NCBI GenBank assembly: GCA_965637545.1
Contig: OZ281495.1
Coordinates: 23,250,001 to 23,314,000, forward strand
Direction: 5' to 3'
Length of the DNA: 64,000 bases
Source of the DNA: Phallusia mammillata
Lineage: Eukaryota
How positions within the stretch are numbered: the stretch's first letter is position 1; each line of letters opens with the position of its first letter. This document shows positions 53,072 through 62,924 of the stretch, piece by piece. A program made the translations under genes and the position numbers. The notes beneath the pieces are model-generated. The model was given only the letters and a program-made list of their open reading frames with translations, was not told where the DNA came from and searched no databases.

Positions 53072-56000
53072 ATGTATGACGTCATAGTTGTGGGCGCAGG
53101 AATTATTGGCTCGTGGACTGCATACCACTTGGCCTTACAAAAGTATAACGTTTTGCTGTTAGACCAGGTTGGTAAGGTTTTGTGAATATCAATGAAAGAC
53201 CATAACCTGTTTCCAATTTGTTTTTTAACAGTTTTCATTGCCACATTCCAGGGGCAGCTCGCAGGGGCATGCCCGTTTGACAAAGCGGTCTCACCGCAAG
53301 CACTATTGCTCTGAATTGATTCCGGAAGCCATGCGGCATTGGGCATCGTTGGAGCGAGTATCCGGGACAGAGTTAGTACTGTAAGTGCAATGCAGCAATG
53401 CGGCAATGTAGCTGAAAAATTGCAGGTCCCAGTGCCATTTTGCTCTCTTGTTGTGAATCTGTTTTTTTGCGAATAATTTTAAAAGGGCAAAAAATACAAG
53501 CCTTTGTCTGTGCATGAAGCATCAATGACAGCAGCTATTGTCGAAATGCTGTTAATCTTTGGAACACTATATACGGATCTGTTCATAAGTTACATAATGA
53601 AAATAACGGCCCAAAATAGAAGTAGAAGGCGACATACTTTATTGTTCAAGCGTTTCGGCAAATGTTGATGCCATCAGCTGTAATTGATGCACATAATTTG
53701 GTATTTTTGCTGAGATTTGTTCGAACCATGTATTAGTTGTGTACCCAAATGTTCTTCACCAAAACCACTTTTCACTAAGATGGTGCATTTAGGCCAGAGT
53801 TGCAAGCGGGCCCGAAATCTGAGCCCGAAGCCGGCCCGAACCCGAAAGTAAGCCCGAAGCCCGGCCCGAACCCGAAACGTTTTTGCAAAGCCCGTTTAGG
53901 CCCGAAATTTTGATTGACAGCCCAATCCACAAAAGCCGTGCAACAAAGGATGAGAAAGAAAAAAGAGAAAGACAACAAACACGATGAGCAATAGTAGACA
54001 ATGGGGTAAACAATACGTTTTAGAGGAGGGTGGGCATCAGGTCAAAGCCAGAGAATTGTTACTTAGCTGAGTGATTTTATTTAAAAAACAATGGCGGACA
54101 CGGAACGTAAAGTCAGGCCCGTTTTAAGCCCGTTTTCTCACAAATACCCAAGCCCGAAGCCGAACCCGGCCCGAAAAGCCCGGTCCGACTTGCAACTCTG
54201 ATTTAGGCACACCGGACATTTGACCATTGCGGAAAAAGAAAGCACGGGAGAGCTTATCAGTCGCATGAAGCATTACATGGACCAAAATGGCGTGCGATAT
54301 ACTTCATACGCTGGGCATGAAATCGGCGCAAACTTTTTAGGCATGGACTTTGACGACAATTTTTCGGCATATTTCGAGGACAACGGTGCCGTACTGAAGG
54401 CCGATAAATGCCTGCAAACTATTTGGGTGAGAAAATAACAAGCTAAGGAATAAAACAAAACATCACTGAATAAACCAATATCTCTCTGTACCAGAAAGAG
54501 TTTCTTGATTTGGGTGGAACCATACTTGACGAGGAAAAAGTATTGGCCATTAAACCTATAAATGAAAACAACGTAACTGCAGAAACTAATAAAGGTGTAT
54601 ACAGCTCAAAATCTGTAGTCTTGGCTTGTGGACCATGGATTGCCGAAGTAATGCGGGACTTGGACGTGCAGGTGCCCGCCCAGGTAACTAAAGTTTGTTT
54701 CCCAACTTCTCACAACCAAGTGTTCAATTGCAAACTTTGTGCTATACTTTGTTTAGGCTGCAACGGTTAAAGTTCACTATTGGAAAATTCGGGATTCTTA
54801 TTCTCGTCGAGCAAAGTACGATTTTCCGTTTATGGTGTACATGTCCGGTTATCACGTGTATTCCACACCCGACTACGAATATCCCGGAATGGTAAAGGTA
54901 AACCAAATGTTCGGATGGACAAATCTTACAGCCTTTGTGTCAATTATGGAAGCAAAAATAGAACGCTTAACACACCATCACTCGCCTAACTCTGTGTTCC
55001 CTAACCTTTATCGACGAATTCCTTCCTTAACAATTCAAAGCATTTTCATTCCTCCCCAATACACTACATAGTGGAAGCTAAACACACAAATATCATTAAA
55101 ATTGAGTATTATGAATTTTACTGGTTATTTTTCCAAGGGCTTAAGTGATGTTTTACAAATCATAAGTACAAGTCAAAGTAAATTCATCCCTTATTAGGTG
55201 GAAGGTTGGGGACCACTGGCCTGACTTGTGTTGTTACTAAGATCTGCTTAACCGTTCTAACTTCGTCAGCGTTGATATACAACGATCAAATGTAACCAAC
55301 CGACCTTTTCACGAACAGGTGTGTTATCATCATCGTGTTTCCGCCGATCCGGACGCAAGAGACAGGAGGCCTTCTGATAAGCACAACGAACTAGCTGCTA
55401 AACGTTTCGCTGTCTTGAAAAACTTAGTGGCAAAACATCTCAGCTATTTGGAACCAGAACCGACGATCACTGAAACGTTTTTGCAAACGGTTGGTTTTGG
55501 TTTGGCAAGCTATAACCGTTTGTTATTAGGAAATAAACTTAGGAATATTTTTGTATCAGAACGGTGTTTATTACCTGTTTGTTACCGGACACAATGTACT
55601 AATTTGTATGTGTAAACAAAATTAGTTCCAGTGTCTTATTTGTTTTGTTGTATAATTGTACAGTAAATTGTTAATCAATTAACTGTTTTTTTGTAGTGGC
55701 ATTGTGTGATAAATCATTTCAAAGACGCAATTTTATGTGCTATTACCGTTAGCGTTCGAAGGGCAAATTCGACAGACTTTTTAACATGCAAATATCATTT
55801 CAAAGTTGAACAAGTTTAACAATGATTTTTATGCAAACCTTTATTGATACGTTAAGTGCCTATATTTGTTGTAGATGACTCCAGATAGCGACTTTATTTT
55901 AGATTACCACCCGCTGCACAAAAACATCATTTTGGGAGCAGGATTTTCAGGTAGGCTACGAGTACGACATAGTGTGCATATGTTAAATAACTTCAACAAC

Positions 56001-56277
56001 TCCTGACTTTGACATTGACATTTTAACATAAAAAGTAAGGTGATTAACTCAGTACTGAAAGGGTTGCCAACCTCTTGGGTAAAGTACGTACGCGCTGTCG
56101 TTTTGGACGCTTACAAAATCCAAAAAATAACCATTGATGTATATTCCTATAGGTCACGGATTCGGCCCCGCACCTACAATCGGAAAAATTTTGGCAAATC
56201 TTGCAACTTCTCAGCAACAAGATTATGATCTACGGCCGTTTAGCTTGAACCGGAAGTACAAACAACCCCGGCTTTAG
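53072..56277 (+). CDS. PIPOX: Peroxisomal sarcosine/pipecolate oxidase-like flavoprotein (divergent), ~388 aa, 8 exons
   Basis: Exons 53072-53167, 53232-53380, 54207-54426, 54495-54683, 54757-54897, 55319-55489, 55875-55950, 56153-56277, all in phase. Rossmann motif [12 protein letters not shown]; LPHSRGSS; VVLACGPW; [11 protein letters not shown]; [12 protein letters not shown]; GAGFSGHGF; C-terminal PRL (PTS1-like). Confidence 0.9.
53795..54200. mobile_element. hAT MITE, cccgaa-repeat family, inserted on the PIPOX intron-2 splice acceptor
   Basis: TIR CAGAGTTGCAAG at both ends; perfect 8-bp TSD ATTTAG|GC (53787-53794, 54201-54208) that contains the 3' splice site. Confidence 0.93.
54992..55218. 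mobile_element. Older hAT MITE in PIPOX intron 5
   Basis: Imperfect TIR ctgtgttccctaacc / ggttggggaccactg; TSD GCCTAACT vs GCCTGACT (7/8). Confidence 0.65.
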
Positions 56278-56285
56278 GTTTAGCC

Positions 56286-56618
56286 CAGTGGTTCCCAACC
56301 GGGGAGGAATTCCTCCCTAGGGAGGAATTTTAGGAGTTCAGGGGAGGAATTTCATAAAAACTGTAAAAAAAAAATTACATTGGAAATGTTACACAATATT
56401 TTTGTACACACATTATTATGTCCATTATAATTTGGACCCGGTTCACATTTGGAACCGGTTGTAAAGGTTTCTGAAATGGACATCCCTAATTATAAGGTCT
56501 ATTTCAAATTGCTATAATTTTTTATGTTAGCCTATTTGTTTTTCGTCTTATGGGGAGGAATGAATAGTTCGAAAATGGGCTAAGGGAGGAATGTAACAAA
56601 AAAGGTTGGGAACCACTG
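56286..56618. mobile_element. hAT MITE in the PIPOX 3' UTR, directly after the stop codon
   Basis: TIR CAGTGGTTCCCAACC; perfect TSD GTTTAGCC (56278-56285, 56619-56626); subterminal ggaggaat repeats. Confidence 0.92.
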
Positions 56619-57108
56619 GTTTAGCCATTTCTAGAGCGTTCGATATGACCAACTGTTCCACCGTATCCATGAGCGATTTTTAATGTGATTCAGTCAAGAT
56701 TAAATTATTGACATAGACTTACGTTACAAAGCGCTCCAACCACCAAACCGTTGTTACCGGATGTAAAATTACCCATAGGGAGTAATTTTGACATGTTTTG
56801 GTGGTAAGTGAGATTGTTATGTGTTTTTGGAATCAGAGTGGCAAAAATTTTGACATCTGTGAAATATGGTGGGGAAATTAAAAACATGTCTTAATTAGCA
56901 CTAGAGTACGTGCAATGGCGCGATTGACGTCGGCTATTTGCCAAAACAATGTAGCCCAGTAATTTTGGTGTCAATTGTGTGTTTTGATGCCTATTATAGC
57001 GCCCTTTTTGCATGTAGTAAAAGACTATTGTTACATAACTTAAGAAGCACAAGTTTTAGTAAATTAGCATCTCTTAAACTAAAAAAACAAGTTTTGTATA
57101 GCCTATAC

Positions 57109-57641
57109 CAGGGATGACGAACCACTGACCCGCGGGTCACAAAGTGACCCACTGCGTGAATTCCAGTGACCCACCTGTAGTTTTTAAAATTTGTATGGAT
57201 TACTATGGGTAGGGTTATTAGATTTCCAAGATTAAAAAGCTACACAACAGTTTACTTTAAGCCCTTTGAAAGATTGCCTATCGTCGCAAAATACAGATTG
57301 TTGAGTCAATTGTGAGGCAACAGATATGTTTATTCAAACGTACAACTTGAAACGATTTGTTGTACCTTTGTTGACGCTGTTCGGTTCAAACTCATGCGAA
57401 TCTTTGTTTTCACACAAGAATTTCATAAAATCGAGTGCCAGAAATCGTCCCAGCTCAGATATGACTGCTGCGTGTATTAAACTGAAAACTACCTAGGATT
57501 ACAAGACTTGCAGAAAAGATGCAGCAACAAGCATCTTAGCATTGACACTGACACATAATAAAATATGTGACCCACTTTGTTTCCTTTCCGAATTTTGATA
57601 TCATGTTTGAACCATTCAACTAAAAAGGTTCGCCATCCCTG
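57109..57641. mobile_element. hAT MITE
   Basis: TIR cagggatgacgaacc / ggttcgccatccctg; perfect TSD GCCTATAC; subterminal tgaccc repeats. Confidence 0.9.
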
Positions 57642-57649
57642 GCCTATAC

Positions 57650-57866
57650 AGTAGATCTAGTAACGTAAGAACTGCCAGTAGCCAGGTTTGGGATTTTCCG
57701 CTGGGTGGCGCAACAAAGTATAGGCGTTTACGGCGACAATAATTGTTGAGTCAGCATGTTGCAAATTGCTGTATAAATGTCACCATAAACGCCTGTGCTC
57801 CGTTGTGTCACTAAATGGAAATTCCCAAACCTGGCTACTGACAGTTCTTACGTTAGTAGCTCTACC
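57650..57866. mobile_element. Mutator-like long-TIR MITE (GGTAGAGCTACTAAC terminus family)
   Basis: ~44-bp inverted arms with ~4 mismatches; 9-bp flanks AGCCTATAC (57100-57108, now separated by the hAT insertion) and AGCCTACAC (57867-57875). Confidence 0.75.
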
Positions 57867-57877
57867 AGCCTACACAG

Positions 57878-58135
57878 CAGCGGTTCCCAACCATTCTTGT
57901 GCCGTGACCCCTTGATAACATTCGCCAAGTTGCGGTGACCCCAAGGATAAAATTAGTAGGCTCTAAATTAACATTAACTGTATTTTTTCTCAACAAACAA
58001 GTTGTCAATGAGTTTATTTTATTGGGGCTAGGGGTCCATGGCCTAAAATGAGTTGGGAACCATGCCTTAGGCGACCCCTGGCAAATTGTCAAGCGACCCC
58101 AGTTTGGGTCGCGATCCACAGGTTGGGAACCGCTG
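57878..58135. mobile_element. hAT MITE
   Basis: TIR CAGCGGTTCCCAACC; TSD CTACACAG vs CTAAACAG (7/8); subterminal gacccc repeats. Confidence 0.85.
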
Positions 58136-58533
58136 CTAAACAGGGTCATAAAAGCTTACTGTAATCAACAAGTTTATTTTTTAGTGCAAACATTTTGATG
58201 CAAAAAATTCAGTGTTTTTTTTTCATTGTACCTTTTTCATTGAATTTGGCAATAAATTGTGTATAAACGCGCTTTTGGGGTACTTGGATTTTGTCGACAT
58301 TTGGTGTCGAACAGCTGTAACTTGACAGTATAATTATTTATTTGGCTACAATTACATAAATTTACTTTTTATAAGCCGCTGCTTACAATCCAGCAAATAC
58401 GGTAGTCAGAAAAAATAGCCCTGCGGTTTTGGTATGTTTTTTAATATAATTTGTGTGAGTTGTACGAACAAATGTGAAAAAACTGTCTGATGAAGTTTGA
58501 TGTGTTTCTGTTTCCAAAATCCAAAGTTCTGGG

Positions 58534-58859
58534 GGTAGAGCTACTAACACCATACGTTTCTCCTGATCCAAAAGTGCTTAATTTTCGACAGGTGACGCAA
58601 AGAGCACTTTTTTCATTTAAAACGGTATATCTCAAAAAATGCTAACGGTTAGGGCTATTAGGGTTGGGGTAAGGTATTAGTACTTAAAATTCAATAAAAC
58701 TAACCCAAAAAATTAGTTACTAATGCAAAAATTTTATGTAAATATTTCCCAGCCCAACCCATTTATAGCCGCGAAATAAATAATTCTGCTCTTTACGCTA
58801 CCTATCGAAAATTAAGCACTTTTGGATCAGGAGAAACGTATGGTGTTAGTAGCTCTACC
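58534..58859. mobile_element. Mutator-like long-TIR MITE (GGTAGAGCTACTAAC terminus family)
   Basis: 59-bp TIR with 1 mismatch (ggtagagctactaacaccatacgtttctcctgatccaaaagtgcttaattttcga); perfect 9-bp TSD AGTTCTGGG. Confidence 0.93.
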
Positions 58860-59420
58860 AGTTCTGGGTCCACTTGTGTTGTTAAAAATAAAAATTAACC
58901 AGTTCAAGCAAAAATGTCCGCAAATGTTTTGACTTTGTGCAAGCTGAAAATAAAAAAAAACTGGAAAGAGCAAAAAAAACACAGAAACATTGTGATCAAT
59001 ATATTGAGTCGATAACGTATACGAGTGTCTTAATGGGCAACGCAGTTTGAAATTCCAAACTAAACCATTCACGGGGTTAAACTTTTTTATTTTTTTGTTT
59101 GTCTGAAAAACTTTTCTCTTTTGGATCAAGTAATGGTTGTAGTTGTACCACTTCAAGCATTTTTCACAGAAACGGCATAGCTGAAAACAATTTGGAATCA
59201 ATGGTCTGAAAATTGGCATTCGTTTCTTATGCTTTGGGCTCCTCTAAAATACACAATTTACTTATAAAACGCGTGAAACTTTTAAAAATGTTGACGGTTA
59301 GGGCTTCTACTAGGGTCTGGGTTGGGGTAAGTATTAAAAATGACACTATAATTTAATCTCAGATCCCCCTTACGGGCTTAATATTCTTATACATGTTGAG
59401 GGTGGTATGGTACCATGCAG

Positions 59421-59669
59421 CTAGTCTGCAGAGTGTGGCAGCTGCACGCGCGATTTATTTTTGAAAAAAAAATCTTGCACGCCAAGTTTTGGGTTTTGCA
59501 TGCAAAAATTTTGCACCAAAGGCATTTAATTGGGCTGTCTTGACCTCTTTTACTTGCTTTGTGCCTGCTGAAATTGGTTTTGCACGCGAACTTCTGGGTC
59601 GTGCTTGCGGGACATGTAGGTCCTGCATGCGCGAGATCTCGTCGGGAACTGCCATGTTCTGCAGACTGG
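59421..59669. mobile_element. MITE upstream of Bax, superfamily unassigned
   Basis: TIR c(t/c)agtctgcaga..tggcag; 8-bp direct repeat CCATGCAG (59413-59420, 59670-59677); internal ttgcacgc repeats. Confidence 0.7.
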
Positions 59670-59990
59670 CCATGCAGTATGTTAATGCTTGTATGAATAT
59701 TAATCCGCAAAGGGTATCTGTAATTGAATTTTAATGTTATTGCCCACCTACACCCCTACCCTAATAGCCCTAACCATCTACATTAGTTTTTTTAGTAGAT
59801 TGTGTATTTTAGAGGAGCCCTTGTGCTGTAAGTATTATGTTTATGCTGTTGAATTTATAACGATGTTTCGGTCACTTTTTAAAAGTATCTGGTTAGGTGG
59901 TTATATTAAACGTGATTCTTTATTTCAGAATTACTTTTAGGTATGTTCAGAATGTTTTTTTAAAAATTGTTTTTATTGCAAAACTTGAAA

Positions 59991-60869
59991 ATGGATGGTG
60001 AAGATTCTCCATGTTACTCAGGAGGAGGTGGAGATGCTGATAGTGAAGTACCAGAAGAAGATAAGGAGAGTCAAACAACAAGAAGGAGTCGGCCTCGTAC
60101 CGCAAATCCCTCAAGAGGGAGACAAAACCACAATAGAAACAATGCTAACATAACAAACCAGGATGGCATAAGATTTCCACATACCGATCCACATGCTGCA
60201 GGCTGTTCAACATATGATGATCCGAACTTACCAAGCACTTCAACTGGTAGACCATGTATCAATCGTCCAACAGAAAGAAGAACATTCGCAGAGCAAGTTA
60301 CTCGAGATGAGATGCTAGTTGGTGAGCAGGCCAGACTCTTGCTCAACATGTTTCTTCAACAAAGAGCCCAAACTGAACAGAATCCATTTGAGCCATGTAT
60401 TCGCGACTTATGCCGAGCAGACAAAGTTGCCACAGCTGGTTTAACTGATGAAAGTTTACATGATATTGCTAGCACGTTAAGAAGAATTGGTGATGATATG
60501 AGCAGGGATGCAACCCTGAACGATTTTATCGAAAAAGTTCCAGTGAGGTCTACAAAGGAGGTGTTCATGAAAGTCTGTTTGCAAATGTTCGAGGATGGAA
60601 ATTTTAACTGGGGGCGTATTGTTGCTTTGTTTTACTTTGCCTACAGATTATGTGTTCGTTCCTTTATGAGGGGCCTAGATAATATGCCATGGGTGAAAGA
60701 GTTACTGCGGTGGGTTGTTGATTTTATTGTGCAACATGTAGCGAAATGGATTATAAGTCGTGGGGGTTGGTGCATGATTAAGGAATGGTTTGGAATATCT
60801 GATACGACCATGGCTGTTCTCACAGTTTCTAGTGCATTACTGTTTTTCTGGTCCATTTTCAAAAAATGA
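59991..60869 (+). CDS. BAX: Pro-apoptotic Bcl-2 family effector, Bax-like, 292 aa, intronless CDS
   Basis: BH3 IASTLRRIGDDM; BH1 MFEDGNFNWGRIVALFYFA; BH2 WIISRGGW; C-terminal TM ending in KK; ~100-aa low-complexity N-terminal extension. Confidence 0.93.
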   Translation: MDGEDSPCYSGGGGDADSEVPEEDKESQTTRRSRPRTANPSRGRQNHNRNNANITNQDGIRFPHTDPHAAGCSTYDDPNLPSTSTGRPCINRPTERRTFAEQVTRDEMLVGEQARLLLNMFLQQRAQTEQNPFEPCIRDLCRADKVATAGLTDESLHDIASTLRRIGDDMSRDATLNDFIEKVPVRSTKEVFMKVCLQMFEDGNFNWGRIVALFYFAYRLCVRSFMRGLDNMPWVKELLRWVVDFIVQHVAKWIISRGGWCMIKEWFGISDTTMAVLTVSSALLFFWSIFKK

Positions 60870-61584
60870 CTAAAAGTGGAAATTGCATGCTTAAATGGCT
60901 TACTGAACTTTTACCTGAAAGTTTTGCCTCTGCCAGTCATTCTATACATTTTTTGTACAGTTTTAATTGGTCTGTAAAATCTAATCATCTCAAATCTACC
61001 ATCATGGATCAGGTTAAAATATTCTTCCATAAGTTGTTTCCTTAATGTTTTTAAATAATTTTTGATCCAAGTATGTCAGAGTAAGATCTGTGTGAATACC
61101 AACTGAACTTGGTACAAATGTGTTGTTTTGTAAAATCCTAGTTCGGTTTGCGCATTTTTTTTTGTTTCATCACCATAGCATATATTCATAACATGTGTAG
61201 GTACTAGTTTTTTGATTAAAGTAGCCAATACCAGCTTTAAAAATGAAAGGTTTTTTTATAATTAGACTGATTGGTTGAAAAAATTATTACAACTTTATGT
61301 ATGTACAGCATGTATTTGAGCCACCTCATTCCACTTAAGTGTGCTTCAAAATTGACACACTGTGATCATATATGATGCCATTCGTACCACTGTTTAACTT
61401 TGTTAAAAATGGATTTTGTAGCAACCTTTTTGGACTCACAGTTTTAACATTTTAGTACAAATCCATGTCATTATTCTACAGTATGACTTGCACTGAGGTT
61501 CATTACAGTTTTTTGGTTTGTCTGTTTTCAAAATATTTTGTGTGACATTTTGTACTACCTTTAGGATAGTTTGCATAGGAAATC

Positions 61585-62378
61585 ATGCTGTTTTGTAAGA
61601 AATGGACTGTCGTTTTTAATGGTACCTTGACTGTTGCAAATCAGATTCAATGCATTTCTACTTGTTGTAAGCGGATGGGATTCAAAATGTCAGACATTGC
61701 AATTTATCAGAATATGGATCCAAAATACAAGCAGAATATATTAGACCGCAAAAAGAGAAAACTGCAAAAACTCACTAAGGTAGCTGTGCAGAAGATTCCA
61801 ATCACAGATTTTCAAGTTAACAAAGAATGGAAAAGCCCGGAAAGGTAATGAGATGTTTGTAAATGTCAGAAAGTGTATTATATTTTATTTTACGCCCATT
61901 CCAAAGGAAACGAACTAAAGACCCTTTATCAGAAGAGATTGAAACTTCGCAACTCTTGTTGGAGAAAGATTGGAGTCGGTACACAAAGAACGTTCGGCAT
62001 CTGGAAGATGAAAAGCTTGAGAATTTCCTTGCCCAACAGGTTTACATTTTAAAAAAAAGTTTTGTATTGCAGGAATAACAATTTTATAAAATCTGTACTT
62101 TTAATACTACTATATATATATATATACTATTGGTAAATGATTTGTGTAATTAAGAACATACTATTGCTATATATAATACTAGTTGTCATATTTTTCAGGC
62201 AAAAGCCTTGAATGAACTATATTTGGAATCTCCGGCGCTACACGAAGCAGCTTTAAGTTCCGAACTAACTTTTTCAACATTTAAATGCGAAGGACCTGTA
62301 CAGACACTTCCTATTTCGAATTATCTTGCACCATTAGGTGGGTATGTGAGCTGTTCACCACCAAATGCGGATGAATAA
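61585..62378 (+). CDS. MRPL40: Mitochondrial ribosomal protein L40, ~190 aa, 3 exons
   Basis: Exons 61585-61844, 61907-62039, 62199-62378 in phase. DPKYKQNILDRKKRKLQKL, IPITDF, LLLEKDW, QQAKALNELYLESPALHEAA and EGP match the mL40 pattern. The start codon choice is less certain. Confidence 0.88.
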
Positions 62379-62924
62379 AGTAAAGGTTGGAGCTGGTGTG
62401 AATTCGGTTTTCGCATCAAGTACAAGACTCAAGGATAAGAGAGGGCGATTGATTTTTATTGGTTTTACATTGTCTGCAATAGTTTTCTTGAAAAAAAAAT
62501 CATTTCGAGCCTATGAAAAGCTGTTCCAATGACCTCACCAGATTTTTGGAAAAAGTGTCTGTTTTGAAAATATGAAAACCTTACCGTATACATAAGACTT
62601 GCCTTGTAGATTAGATGTTGCTTTACGTTTGAAACAAAAACTATTCCTGTATTACTATCACAACACAAGTTTTAAATAAAGGTATATTTAATAAGACACA
62701 GTGGAAAAAGCAAGTGTGCGTTAAAAGCTAAACACAACCAAGTTTTGGTAAAACGCAATCAGTACCCAACAGACACAAAGAATTGAAAAGCAAATAGCAT
62801 CAAGCGTTTATCGGCAAAAACTGACCAATTTTTCTTGCGAGTTTAAAAAATGGCTCCAAGGCCTGAAAGCAATAGAGAAAATTTTCCTGTAGCACAAAGC
62901 AAAAAATAGCATATTAGTAAAATG

